Below, in pieces: positions 27,260 to 41,000 of a DNA stretch of 64,000 bases. How positions within the stretch are numbered: the stretch's first letter is position 1; each line of letters begins with the position of its first letter. The DNA lies in the NCBI GenBank assembly GCA_965649765.1, contig OZ287751.1, positions 35,588,001 through 35,652,000 of the forward strand, written 5' to 3'. A program made the position numbers and the translations under genes. This DNA comes from Bispira polyomma. Lineage: Eukaryota. The notes beneath the pieces were generated by a model, which was not told where the DNA came from, made no database searches, and was given only the letters and a program-made list of their open reading frames with translations.

Positions 27260-27560
27260 GTAAAAAAAAATATGACAAAAATATTTACAGTATTTTCAGT
27301 GTTTTTGGTATAAAATTGATTGGTATTACACTATTAAAAGTTTTAGAACACATGCGGCCGTAAATAAGTACCGAATGAATAGCGTACTTTATTATTTGAT
27401 AAAGTTGAAAAAATATGACAAAAATATTTTCAGAGTTTATGGTATAAAATTGATTAGTATTACACTATTAAATGTTTTAGAACACATGTGGCCATAAATA
27501 AGTACCGAATGAATAGCATACTTAATTATTTGATAAAGTTGAAAAAATATGATAAAAATA
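27260..27560. repeat. ~134-bp tandem repeat (2+ copies), with another copy at about 26160-26250
   Basis: TATTACACTATTAAATGTTTTAGAACACATG...AAATAAGTAC...GAATAGC...ATTATTTGATAAAGTT. Confidence 0.8.
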
Positions 27561-28497
27561 TAGCTCAGTGATTATGGTTCTGAGCTTGCAAAGTTACAGA
27601 AACATTAAAGGAGGTGACATAAAAAGAAATCAATTGATGTAATTCATTCTATAACTGTTGATATGTATGCCATTAAAGATGAAATTAAAAATTGAATGTG
27701 AAGTAAGATAATGTCTTGGACTATTTATTTCACATGATGGGTCTAGGAGTGCGCCTGTTTTCAGTGTATTAGGCACTACAGAAGCCATTTCATTACATTA
27801 GATTCTGTCATATTATTCATAACCAGCCTAATGTGGGGTTCACACTGTAATGGTATGAACTGTAATTAAAGAAATTAAGGCAAGTGTTATACAATGTGGA
27901 GTGATATCAGAATTAATCAATGTTGAGAGGGGTTGTAGATAGTGCTGCAATCGGAGGCGGTTTGCGAGATCGAGGAGCAGAGTGCGCGGACCGAGTTGAA
28001 CTCGAGTCGACTTGAGTGTGAAATGTACGTGAGATGTACATTATGATACCTGTTCAGTTAGTTTTAACATGTGTTAAGATGATTGTGATATATACCAATC
28101 ACTTTAATCTATTTTAAGTTTATTTAAACATTATAATATGAAAAGGCAGATATTTAATTTTAATCTGTTTTTGTTACATTGTGCAGAGGTACAATGTAAA
28201 CAAAATGTAATTGACAGGGAGCTTCCTCCAGGTAGAGATCATACATTATTTCGTTTTAATTAATTTTGACACACATTTATTAAACAATATATGAAGTTTT
28301 TATCAATACAAAAACAACAGACAAATACTTTTGTAAACTTTATGCATGAGATCATTGAAGTAGGAAGATTAAAAATCAAGAAATCATAACTTTTATTTGG
28401 AAAACCAGTCAGAAAAGCAATAAACAAAAAAAATCAATGGAAATAGTATATAATAAAAACAATGGAAAATTAGATTTACAAAAATGCCAAATATAAT

Positions 28498-28727
28498 TAG
28501 AGTAAGGAATATGAAATTCGTCACTGTATCGGAAATTCACCACCTAGAAAATGCAGTGTTTTGGGTAGAATTGTGGGTAATATTTCCTAAAATTTATATT
28601 TTTTATGACTATTTTGCCTTATTTACCTAAATGCCAGTTATTTTTCACCAGTTTTTATTGATTTGGCTGAAATTTTTGGGAGTTGTGAATTTCAGATACA
28701 GTGGCGAATTTTACATCCTTTACTCTA
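28498..28727. mobile_element. MITE nested in the hAT; shorter related hairpin at about 7790-7860
   Basis: About 45-bp imperfect TIRs TAGAGTAAGGA...AAATTCG(T/C)CACTGTATC. Confidence 0.7.
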
Positions 28728-29867
28728 ACTGTGGTGTAACATCAAATCAATATACACAAAAAATGTCTCTGGAAAAATTGTCCATCAGAATCAAATATTT
28801 GAAATTCATATTTGATATTCCTTGTTAAAATCACACAAAAACACTAACTCATTGGAAAACTTCCATAGGGAAAACTATGCAATCCAGATTAATTAAATGC
28901 AAGACACATGTCTATCAAAAAACTTTAACAATGTTTTTTAAATTTAAATTTAACTCTTTACTAAATGGTAGGGACATTTTTTGTGCATGGTCATTTTTAG
29001 TGCTAAATACTTCAAGGGCGGAGGTTGGTGTGGGCTAATTGTTTCTCATTCTTAGAAAGAAAATGCAACTCTTTGGACCTTGGATGAAGGCGTGAGGCCA
29101 GTGACAAGGCTTTTCTTTGCTCAGGGGCTACATTTCTTTTTTTGTAAATTATCAAATGCCTTAGGTTTCATATGTTTGATCATAGAAGTGTCATCTTCTT
29201 TGATCATGAGGTGCTTTTCCAGTTTAATTAGAATTAAGCTTGAATTAAGTGGATGCTCATCTTCTAGTGAGAGGGAAATTATTGCATCTTTAAATGGTTT
29301 GAGCAACCTTACAATTGACTCCACACTTACCTGATCATTTGTAGTGTAAAGTAACCTCAGATCAGTTTTGCCTTTAAACTGAGGGTTTGACATCACTGCA
29401 TCCACAGCAGCAGTTTGCTCTAGGAGCCCATCTAGCATGTCAAGGGTGGAATTTCACCTAGTCTCACAATCAATAATGAGTTTATGGCCTTTAGAATCTT
29501 TTGTTTCTCAGACAAGCAGCTAGTTGCATTTGAACTGCGATAGACCAAAAACTCTACCACCCGTCTACTAACAATCAACTTAATTACCTCTAGTACAGAT
29601 AAAGCTGACTTAACAGCCAAGTTTATATTGTGACCGATGCATGATATCTGTAACCACTCAATGAGCTTAAATGCTTTCAATTAATTTGAGGCATTGTCAG
29701 CCACCCCAATTGGCTTTGGAAACCCTCATTCTAGTTTTGATTTAACTGATCCTTTATAGCGTCCGCCGTATGCTGACCCACTACCTTCCTGGTTTGCAAA
29801 ACAACATTACATAATTTCCAGTCACTGTTAATAAAATGTAGAGTTATTGTCCCGTAACTGTTTGTAG

Positions 29868-30120
29868 CGGGCTGCGGTGGCCTAGTGGTTAGCAAGCATT
29901 GCGCTTCACAATCACTGGTCTCTCACCTCTGGGTGGCATGAGTTCGAATCCTGTCGATGCCTATGTGGGAAAGGTGGTAGTTCCTTACTGTGGGCCGCTG
30001 GTTTCTCTACAGAACCTTGACCAACTGTATGCAGTGTTTCCTCCAGCGTTTCCAACTACCCGTCCCAATATAACCTAAACAGGTACTAGAGTGGACGTTA
30101 AATATCCAAATTCAAATTCA
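29868..30120 (+). mobile_element. tRNA-derived SINE, family A copy 2, inserted in the hAT transposase
   Basis: Similar to 1621-1875; 12-bp TSD AACTGTTTGTAG at 29856-29867 and 30121-30132. Confidence 0.92.
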
Positions 30121-32349
30121 AACTGTTTGTAGTGATCGAGGTCCACCCATCATGTGTTATTGCGCAGGATTCCAGGTCACCAATAACATCCTTCAACTTT
30201 GCAGCCATTGTGTTGTGCATCATTTGAAGGTGATTATCCATTATAGTTTGGCGTGAAGCAACTTAGTACCTGCATTAATATACTATTTTTTCAGTTGTGC
30301 ATAAAGGTTGCACCTGTTAAATTTATATTATTGAGTAAAATGCAGAATTTCCAGTTGAATGAATTTAAATTTGTTCGTTTTTAACGTCCATATTGTCATA
30401 TTTCAGGTTAACAATAAATGAAGTTGCTTTAAAATATTTGTTATTGTTTAACACAGGCTGTTTAACACAAGCTTAGTGGATATAATTAAGGCTTGTTAAT
30501 CAGGGCTTGTTTCAAAATACATACTAGAAGAATTTTGGAGCAACTGCACTTTGCCAGTACCAATTATGTTTGTTCTTAAACGTTTTTCAATAGGGTAGAA
30601 AAAATGTAGCTTAAAATTGTTCTTTTTGAAGCCAATATTAAACAAATAAGATAAAATTTAGTATTAATATATAACTTATGACAGTTAGAAAGAAATAATA
30701 GTTTAGCAAAAGATGGGGGCGAAGCCCCCAACCCCTTGTTAAATTTTTATATAAATTGAAGTGGGATTAATTATGAAATATTGGTATCACAAAACTGCAT
30801 TCTAGCCCAAAACTCTATTCTTTTTTAAATGGTTTTTGAATTTTATTTTGTGAAACTTACCTACGCTCAAATTTCTCAATCATCTTTTGAAAACCACTTC
30901 CCTCAACTGTAGATATAGGTTTTACATCTTCTATTAAAAACTCACAGTTAGCTTGGTTTAAATCCTGCTGCTTTACATATGGTAAAGGTCCCAAGTTTTG
31001 ACAGTTTGTAGTTAGCAAGGTAGTAATGTTTAGTTGTGTTGATTTCTCATGTGATAGTGACTTGGATGCTTGGCCATCATGTGATTCCTAAGTGTAGTGT
31101 TGCCAGTATAAACATACTCAACATCACAAATCTTGTACGCTGCTTGATCCTTATGAATTGTTTCTCCCCTCTTCCAGAAACCGAAATATTTCCAAACAGC
31201 AGCGTTCCCACTGCTGAAGTCCACTAAGTGTTTTTTTATTATTATTTGTTTGGAGTTTCTTTCAATTAATTAAAACAATTGTAAAAAAGACAAAACATTC
31301 AGATAAAATTTTCGAAATGAAATAACACATGTTCAATTACGTCATATGGGCCTCTGTGACGCACTACTGAGGTATTGTTGACGTCACAATCTGAACAAAA
31401 AATCATATCAGGCATTGTATTTGGCATAACATATGTATCAGTGAGCAAGTTTACTCGAAGTAAGGAAAATAATAGAAAAAAGGCATTTATTGATATATTT
31501 ATTTGGTGATTTAATCGAGTTTGTGATTGTTAAATCGAGTGTTACTGTATTATCACTCAATGAATTGCAACTCGAGTTTTGCCCGACTCGTCGCAGCACT
31601 AGTTGTAGACAGGGTGATCATATTTCCCCTCATCTTTTTATTATAGCTGCCCAAATATTGATAGTTTTTAATATTAAATAACCTAAAAATAAAAGGCATT
31701 ATGTGTGGAGACTTTAAACTAACGCATTTTGCTGATGATACATGGACGGAATAGTACATTCCCTGAAAGCTGCTCTGAATACTTCAGAGATATATGGTTC
31801 CATATCAGAATTGAGAGTGAATACTGATAAAATGCAAATTATATGGATAAGGAAGAAAAACATTGTAAAGATAAATTAATTCATTTGAACTTTCAATGGG
31901 ATACATTAAGCTTTAACCTCCTAGGGTCAGCTTTATCTGTGGACTTGGTAAAATGTACTGAATTGAGTTTTCCCCAAACTATTAGAGATAAAGCAAATAT
32001 AAGCCAATGGAATAGACAATATCTGACCCCCATTGGTAAAATAACTGCTGTAAAAATTTTATTATCATCAAAACTGAATCATTGTTTGTTGACATTGCCT
32101 AGCCCTGACAATTATTATATGAAACAAATAAATGATGTTTTTTCCAAATTCATATGGTCAAACAAACCTGATAGAATAAACCACTAAGTATTATCATTGG
32201 ACAACCTATCAAGTAAAATGATAAACTTTGAAAATTGTTCATTATCTCTCAAAACCACTTAGATTAGAAGACTTCTGCAGGAAGATACTGCACCTTGGTT
32301 AAAATTATTTCAAAATAGTATTACATATAACCTCAACAAGTTATTAGAG

Positions 32350-34500
32350 GGTTAAGAGAGAGATAGATTTGAGTGTCATCAGCATACATGTGATGTTTAA
32401 CATTGTGATTATAGCTGACTGCACAGAGAGGATGAGTCTAGAGGGTAAAAAGTAGAGGGCCAAGAAACGACCCCTAGGGTGCTCCAAAACCTTTTTGGTG
32501 AGTTTGAATTATCATTGATGATTGAGTCATAGTGCTCTTTTTTGGCTTTGGTTATTAGCGCATTGAAGCGTTTTGTGGCAATTCCTGTGCTTCCTGTGCT
32601 TCCTGTCAAGTGTTGATTTAGTGTGCCGCCATAGCCACTCAAGTTGGTGTTTACGGCTTTTAGTTTCCTCGATGTCTGAGTTGGTCCATTCATGGGATCA
32701 GAAAGTGGGAGGGTTTTAGAAACCTAAGGAGCATGACTGTCAAGGATTAAGGACAATGTATGGTTATATTGTAGGCTGAGACTATCCGCATCTTTACAAG
32801 GGTGTTTAATGAGGCAAGAAGCAAGTATGTCATCCCGAAATTTGAGAATGTTAATTTTCCTGATGTTGCGGAATTTTATTACCTTAGGTTTGTGTAGCAA
32901 TAGTTTAGGTAGCATGAGATGTGCAAAAATGGCAAGATGGTCAGACACCCCGTCAGTAACCCATACATCATGTATTAGCTTGGACTCAGGTCGAGCAATG
33001 ATCAGGTCGAGAATGTGGTTGCAGAGATGAGTGGGACTGAAAAAAAACTTTTTAAATTTAAAAATATTCAAGAGGCTGTAGAATTCTTTGGTCACCGTGT
33101 TAATGATGTCGACTTTGATGTTGACGTCACCAAGTACAATAGATTCCAACGGGAGGACGTTAATTGATTTAAGGCTTTAGTAACGTAAACACATAAACGG
33201 GCCGAGGATAAAGAATGCTATTTTTACGAGAGTAATTTCTAGTCTGTATACTAACTATGATGACTTTAAAAGTACACTTTAGTAAGCATTTTGACCGTGT
33301 GTCCAAATGTCCAAACACTTTAAAAGATCAATACTATGCTACAAAACTATAAAAACACCCATAAAACGATGTATTGTGACGTCACACAATTTAAACATCT
33401 ATGAAGAACGTCATATTTGTAAACAAATCTCAGAGAGAGCTCTTTCTATTTTGACATAATATGGTTATTGATCCAACATACATGATGATATTATGTATTC
33501 TAGTCCACTTTAGAGAACATGTATATTGTTTTTAGTGAATTAGTTTTTTCAATATGTTTCCTTATTTTATAAAAACGAAGAATACAAAACAACTTTCTGT
33601 TTAGAAAAGTGTCACTTAAAAGTTTTTTTAAAATTATCCGTGTTTTTGTGTGTTTTTGAAAAACTAATTCATTCAAAATAATGCTGATGTTTTCCTTTTT
33701 TTATTTATGTACAATACTTCAGTATTGATCCCTTTTTGATATATGAATTGTGTCACGTTTGTATAACTTGTACTTTGAAAATATTACCCATTTTAGTTAC
33801 AATTTGACACACTGCTATATGGATTGTATGTCTCAAGAAACCTATTAAAATGATAATTAAAATATATGAATTAATATGTAATTAAAATATATGTCGTTCT
33901 TTATTATTTCTACTCATTGAAATGTAAATATGTTATCCATAAATCGGTTTTAAGGACACAAAGAAAAAGTTGTGCAGTTTCTAAGAAGCTCGAGCACACA
34001 TAACGTTGTTATTGGCGATCCTTGTATGTGTTTACGTCACTAAAGCCTTAAGGAAACTAAATAAATCTTGATTGAAGGCAGATATATAAGGGCTCGGTGG
34101 ATGATAGAAGGAGAAAACTAGAAATGATTGAGATCCATTTGAAATTTAGCAGGTAATACACTCGAAAGATTGAGAAGCCCCCCCCCCCCTTCCCCACCTG
34201 GGTTCCGATAAGGGCATTGACTAAAGGCACCTTATTGCGGATTGATCTGGCATTGAAGGCACAATTTTTAGATTTGATCGAAAAAGCAGAGGGTTTATTT
34301 AAACATCGCCACAGAGAGCGGTAAGTTAGGGAATTCATAGTTTTTTTTTACACGTGAGTTAGGACGCCGAAAGAGGTGGATTTTGAAACAAAGAAAGGCA
34401 GTATTTATATTGTCTAATGGTGGTAAAACAGAACGGCAGATTTTGATTTGGAAGGGATATTGTTGGTGAAAATTTGGACAAGAGTTCATGACATGATTGA
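32350..34500 (-). mobile_element. L2/CR1-type LINE, internally deleted (endonuclease/linker fused to a short RT piece), with a MITE inserted
   Basis: FNARSIRNK, LGDVNI, PTH..HILDLI, SDH, LDSHAP; 32351-32420 nearly identical to 26609-26680 (YADDTQIY). Confidence 0.85.
33173..34047. mobile_element. Non-autonomous TTAA-target DNA transposon (Kolobok-like MITE)
   Basis: TIR GGCTTTAGT(A/G)ACGTAAACACATA at both ends; TTAA at 33169-33172 and 34048-34051. Confidence 0.85.
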
Positions 34501-34882
34501 GGAACTAAGACTGAAAACAAGGAGAAAAATATTTACTGAGTATACTAAGTATAATGTAGGCTAAACTGTCAATCAATATCATGTCAACAATGGCCTCTGT
34601 ACAAGACTATACTGAGAAATTCATCTTCTACTTTAAACTGCCTATTCTAACTCAGAACTGGTACTTCATTTGGTATATGTTGTATTATATTGTGGGATTT
34701 CAAGAACGACTTAGCTCAAAATTCAGTGATTATTCCTACTTACATCAATTCACTGCAACAGATATACTTCATATTTATATACATTTCTGTCCCAATACCG
34801 TTTCTACATATATGGCTGTAAAAGGATTACCGTATACTATGTACCAGGTAAACTGTAATTAAAAAATGAGAAATTGTCTTAC

Positions 34883-35029
34883 CTCATCAAAATACAAGAC
34901 CAGTCTTTTCCCTCTGAATTCTACCTTTTTCACCTCTTGTGTTGTTCCATAATATCGGGCAGAGTAGGCAGGTAGGAGGTCAATATGTTCATTTCTATGA
35001 CAACCATCCCACTTTGTTGTAAGTGATAG
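34883..35029 (-). CDS. TEP exon (receptor-binding/MG8 domain) [21 protein letters not shown].../[18 protein letters not shown]
   Basis: SGMxVxE and KKVE...LVLYFDE motifs; 147 nt, one base short of frame near 34935-34940. Confidence 0.88.
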
Positions 35030-38000
35030 CTGTTAAGTATATTTAAGTGGTTTTATGTAACTGTATTATATGAGAAAATAATCATAGATAGAGGAAAAAA
35101 GTAAAATAATATGATAATACACTCAATATACATTGAAAAAGATATTTGAATTCCTAATACATGCCACAAACAATGTCACAAATTTAATGTCAATTTTTAA
35201 ACATTAGTTTACATTTTTATTTACATGTGTTTTAATAATCTTTTATCACACTTAGGTTTGATCAGCATGACCTCTTCAGGGGAATGCTATTTCAGTCCAC
35301 AATAAAACAACTTTCTACTTGATTCTAGTTGACATCATTGATAACAATGATAAATGAAATTCATTACTTTTATATTGTGCATACATTTATTTTGCTCACG
35401 GCAGTATGATAATACAATATTAATTGTTGGGTCTGTGGAACATATCAATAGTTAAACTAGTTTAAGTTTTTTTATGGTCATTTGAAACATGAATTAGGTT
35501 TTATTTTATATAGGCTTGTCCTACTAGAAGCGTTTATCAAATGATGATCCTAATTTAGGCATATATCTTAAGATAGGCTGGCAAACTTATAATCCTAAGT
35601 TGGGCTATAGCTCATCTTAAGGTTGGCTAAATTGTAAGTTGGGCTACAACATTTACAATGACAAAAATAAATCAGCCATTAAATATAATATGCTATGTAT
35701 AAATAAATAGTAGAATTATTTAGAATACATGTGTTTTTTCTATTTTTGCTTTCTTCTCTCACCTTTATGTACCTACAATATTACGTATAATACTGGATTG
35801 GCAATATTATCCCATATTTGGCATAACATTTAAAATGCAAGCGGTGAAAAGTTCACAAATAGGAGCATAGTTCGATCGCAGGGTTTAGCCCAATGACAGA
35901 AGGAAAAATAAACATATTAAATATTTCTATACATACAATGGCCATAATATTTGGTGGAATCATACATAAATGCCATACCTATTATTTGAGCCACTAACAT
36001 TTAAAAAATGTTGAAAACTGATGAAGTTATAGAGGTTCAAAGTCCAAAATATGCCTAAATTAGGATCATCATTTGATAAACGTTTCTATTTATGATTGTG
36101 GCTAGACCTTCTGTTATGAGGAGCATATTGGGGCTCCACAATTTCATGTTATAAAGTTTTTAGGCATTCTATTTTAACTAATTTGTAACATATTGTAAAT
36201 ATATATACTAGTTTGCAAAAAACAACCTTAAACTTTGTTTTTTAATACCTTCTTTCTTATCATCAATAAAACTCTTAACTGTAAATTTCACCTTATTTTA
36301 CCTTTATCTCACATTTAATAACCAAAACGTTCAAATGTTGTCCCTGCTTTACCTTCAAGACTTTGTAAGAGCCTCTGGCTAATTCCCCTGTCTGGATGCA
36401 CAAATAAAGGTCATCCACACACGTCACACTGACACATCAAGATTTTCCATCCATATGTGTTTGTCATTTATATGCGTTAAAAGTGTTCTGTGAGTAATTT
36501 TTATGGTTATAAATTTTAGAAGTTGTATTCTTTGGTATTAAATATTTGTTTCTGTGTAACATAAGTTGGAGGATTATGTGTGCCTATTGGCAGCTTAAGA
36601 TACTGAACAATATGGTAGAAGAATAATGAAACTAGGATAAGAAAAAAGAAAAATTATGCATCAAAAACTGAGGCATAAATAATCTTATTCCATTGACATC
36701 TAGATTTGACATGCCTACATGTATGAAATGTTTTGGTAATAGCTAGGTTATATATAGCTGAAGTCACTAAAACATACACCACAGACTATTTCCGGCATAA
36801 AGAACATTACTGAATCACACATGAATAAACAATATTCACATCAATTTAATGTCTCTTACTAGGTAAATTGCCATATTACAATTCACTAAAACTATGTCAG
36901 GAAAAAATCAAAAATGCATATTTCTAAAAAGCAACAACTAAGTCTCTACCGATGATACTTACACTACACAGACTTTGACTTTGACCAGTATGTCAGTGAT
37001 CACTGTGCTCAGTGTCAGGGTAAACCCACTGCTACCAGCAGAGGAATTCTTGTGGAAGAATACATTGATCTACAAGAATAGGACAAGTACAGATTGGTGA
37101 ATAAATAAACAAATACTTTTAGGCACATGTACTATATTTATCTTGAGAGGCCACAATTTAAAACTAGGTCAAGTCCATCGGGTGAAAAGTAAAGTATATT
37201 ATATAGCAGTTCACAATAAATATGCTGTTACATCACCCACCTTATGTAAATACTCGTGTTACATAATAAATTTACTAATATAAGTTACTTTTTTTAGTTA
37301 CTTTAAAAATAGTGGATATTTGTTCAAAATAAAATACATTTGTTCATTAGGAAAGGGGCATTTATACAGATAGATAATGCCAGATACAATAGTTATTGGT
37401 AAACTACTCTCCGAGCAAATAGCTTTCTCACCTCTGCATTGCAGGTTACAATTTTGAGCATGGCATTCATGTGGGAATATTGGCAGTAGACTTGCTGGTT
37501 TTCTCCACCAGTAAGCTGCCCACTATGATACAAAGGTGTTGAAAATCACCTTAACCCCAACTAACATTTGCAAAGAAATTGTTCTCTACTTTCTTGCTTT
37601 GCATGTGTGATATCTCAACCAAAATTTAAATTTTCTACCAAAACTCTCAACCTCAGACATGATCTCATCATAATATTCCACTTCAAATTTTGTTCATGGT
37701 TTTATAAAGAGTAAATACAGAAGCCACAAACATTGCTGCTACTACAAAGGGGTTTTCTTTAAAAATATACCATGTTAAGTAGAAATCCTACTTTTAAATA
37801 ACTAAATGATTGACTTAATATGGTTAACCTGTAATTGTCTAAATATCTTTTTATGTATCACCACCATCTCATTAGAGATACTTCCAGTATTATGATCAGT
37901 ACATTGACGTCAGTTTTCCATCACAGGCTGAAATCACTTTTATTCTACAAGACCTTCTCCTAACCATAGCGAACCATATTTCTTTCCTTATGACAGTGCT

Positions 38001-41000
38001 TCAGTTCTAGATTATGACAATCAATTATGACTATAATTTTTTTTCATACTCAATCCTATTTTATTCAATAATATAGTACATTTACAGAATCAAATAAGTT
38101 GATGAAATTCCAATGCTAATATGCCTGGGTTATAATTCAATATCCCAATAAGTATTTAGTCTATCAATAAGTTCAGGAGATACTGTACACAACATTCAGT
38201 CCTTTCTTGGTAACTTTAAAACACAATATACATGCCTTCCAAAGTTTTCTTATCGTAGAATTTAGAACATCTCTCAATCTTAACTTGTTCGGTAGTTTTT
38301 GGTCCTTTGGCAAGTAATTCAATTGTTTTTGTATGTCAACTTTGTACTGTGTGGATACTGTTCTACTTCACACATGCAGGGGTCATGAATCACTTCTGAG
38401 GTGTCACAGAGTTAAGTTGAAAATTCAATTACTATGATTATCAGTGGTTGACTAAAAAGAAATTTAGCACAAGAGAAGTAGTATAGAATGTGACGAATCC
38501 TTACCTGTACTAGAGCGGTACCTGTGCCATTAGCTTTCACTGTAATCTGCTTCAAGGACCCAGGAGATGGAATCTGAAATTTGGTACATGATCAGGGGAC
38601 ATTGTGACTGTAAGAAAATTTCACTAATTTACAATTTTCGAAAACTTTACTACATATTCATTGTCCAAAATCTTGATTTAAACTTAAACTATGCTTTACT
38701 TTTAAATTATATCCACTTAAAAATTGTGAAAACAATGAGTAGGTATTATGTATAGAAATAAGTACAATATATGCACACATGGAATATAAATTTATGTGTT
38801 AAATATATAAATATATATACCCAATTTCTGGTGTAAAAGCATTGCTACAAAACTACAAGGGCAGGGAAGGGGCACTATTAACAGAGATTACAATGTATTT
38901 TAACACGAATGTGATATTTACAGATTTACATTATACTATAGTGTAGTACCTGCTGATGTATTGGCATATACTGACCTAAATAAGGGTGATACAATTAGAG
39001 ATGGGTCTTTTTTACAGACACAGCAATACATGCATGTACCTGAAACTGCTGGAAGATGTCTGCGTTCCTTGTCTTTATTGTCTCAAATGAGTGTATGCCT
39101 CCTTCCCACCTGAGATTCACATCCACACCACTCCTGGAACTGCTTGGGAACTTTGCAGCATATGTTGCCAAGGCCTGTAACCCTACTACTGTGTCCTGGA
39201 CAAAAGCATACATTTAAACATATGAGAATTGTAAAAAAATACTGTATGTATTGCGAAATTGCCTGGGCATTAAAATTGCCTGGGTATCATTATAAAAGTT
39301 TAAAATTAAAAATAAAGGGATTTATGTTAAGATTAAAAATGGTGTATGAATTTAAATCTAAATCTACTATTTTGCAGGCGCAATATCTTCCCCACAAAAG
39401 AAACTCAGTGCACCAAATGAAACAAAAAATAATCCAAAATCATAGTAGAGGGACATAACAGGTCGGTAATCTAGGGTTGTGGCTGTGGTGGAAGGAAAGT
39501 GCTAGGTAGTGAAGGCAGATTTGAAGAGGTGAGTCCTAAGGTGCTTCCTAAAAGATGTTGCTGAAGGACTAGTTGTTATATGAAGGGGAAAAGAGTTCTA
39601 GAAATTAGGTGCATAGTGGCTAAAAGATTTGGTGAAAAATTTGTGGAATTTGTGTATTTTAGATTTAAAAGTAGGGACTTTAATTGACCAACATTCGATC
39701 CACAGCAGCTCTCCAGAGCTTGTAGCGATCATCTGAGATCTGTAGAGACCAGTTGTGCGATGATCGGTGACTTGCGAAGACCTCCGTGCGATTGTCGGCG
39801 TCTAGTCTGAGATCATTGTGCGACTCTCAGACACTAGTTGCCGTTTTTTGCACGATGGTTGCACGTCCACCGCAGACCTCTTGGAAAGCATTTGGATCTG
39901 GATATAAATACTGGTACAAATGCTACAGCCATCAGTATGAAATGAGTTCTTACAAAGTAAGCATGGTGGTTAAATAGTAGTAAGACAGCAGTTAGATAGT
40001 AGTTGCATAGAATATAATAATGGCATTTGTTGGTCCAGCAGCAGTAGGTCAAATCATGGCTGTGAGAAGGCTTGTCAACAGCATTATCAGCAGCATCATC
40101 AGCAGCAGGTGGTTTGCCTAGCATTGTTGTTATACCTCAGGTGGAGGACAAGGAGGGCCAGGCGGTACAGGGTGAGGCCCTGGATCAGCAGGCGCCTTGA
40201 GTTTAGTAACTATGACAACCTTATGGTGGAGCCTGACCTATGCATTCAGAGTTCCCAACAACAGTATTTCTGTGTTTGTGAGACAAACATGTGAGGCCAT
40301 AGTGGAAGAATATGGTGCATAGATGGTGACTCTCCCTACAACCCCGGATGGCTGGCGTGCACTGAGTGACAGATTTGCAACCAGATGGAACTTTCCTCGT
40401 GATGTGGGTGCAATCGATGGGAAACACATTGCAATCAAGGCTCCTAAGAACCCTGCCTGAGTGTACTACAAGGGCTTTTTCTCCATCATCCTCCTTGGTG
40501 TTGTTGATGCAGATTACAGCTTCATCTATGTAGACGTCGGTGGCAACGGTTCTACATCGGATTGTTCCCTGTACAACAGTTCTGACCTGAAAACAAAACT
40601 GGACAATGAGACACTGGGTCTACTACCGGCTAAGCCACTTCCACATGATGTTCAGGGCATACCTTACTTCTTCATCGGTGACCATATCTTTGGTTTGGCC
40701 CCCTACATGATGAAGCCATTCTCCCAACGCAACATGACAGATGAAGAAAGAATATTTAACTACAGGTTATCTCGTGCTTGAAGGGTTATTAAGAATGCCA
40801 ATAGGGTTCGCCCCCTGCTGACTACTCTTCAACAAGACCCAGAAACTGTCAATTGTATTGGCGTGCATTTGCTTGCACAATCTAATGCATACGAGGTATC
40901 CGGCCTTGCAGAATGCAGCAATGGACCATGAGAGGAACGATCACCAACTTGTGCCTGGAGGGATGACGCTGTCTTCGCAGACTGCCAGAATGTCAGGGGT

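Larger units (their letters stand above)
27940..31601 (-). mobile_element. hAT DNA transposon (ZBED1/Ac-like transposase), defective
   Basis: TIR TAGTGCTGC at both ends; perfect 8-bp TSD GTTGTAGA (27932-27939, 31602-31609); BED finger (AVWKYFGF...NTTLRNHMMAKHP), DGWTS, SCIGHNINL, LLKPFKDA; many stops; no dimerisation domain seen. Confidence 0.93.
27865..32345 (+). mobile_element. L1/Tx1-type LINE RT fragment, split by the hAT (pieces about 27865-27939 and 31610-32345)
   Basis: IKASVIQCGVISELINVERGCR | QGDHISPHLFII, FADDT, WNRQYLTPIGKITAVKILLSSKLNH, FIWSNKPDRI. Confidence 0.88.

Noticed and set aside
36352-36392. Candidate TEP exon with AG/GT sites
   Set aside because: Stop codon in the required phase; the flanking exons already join correctly without it.
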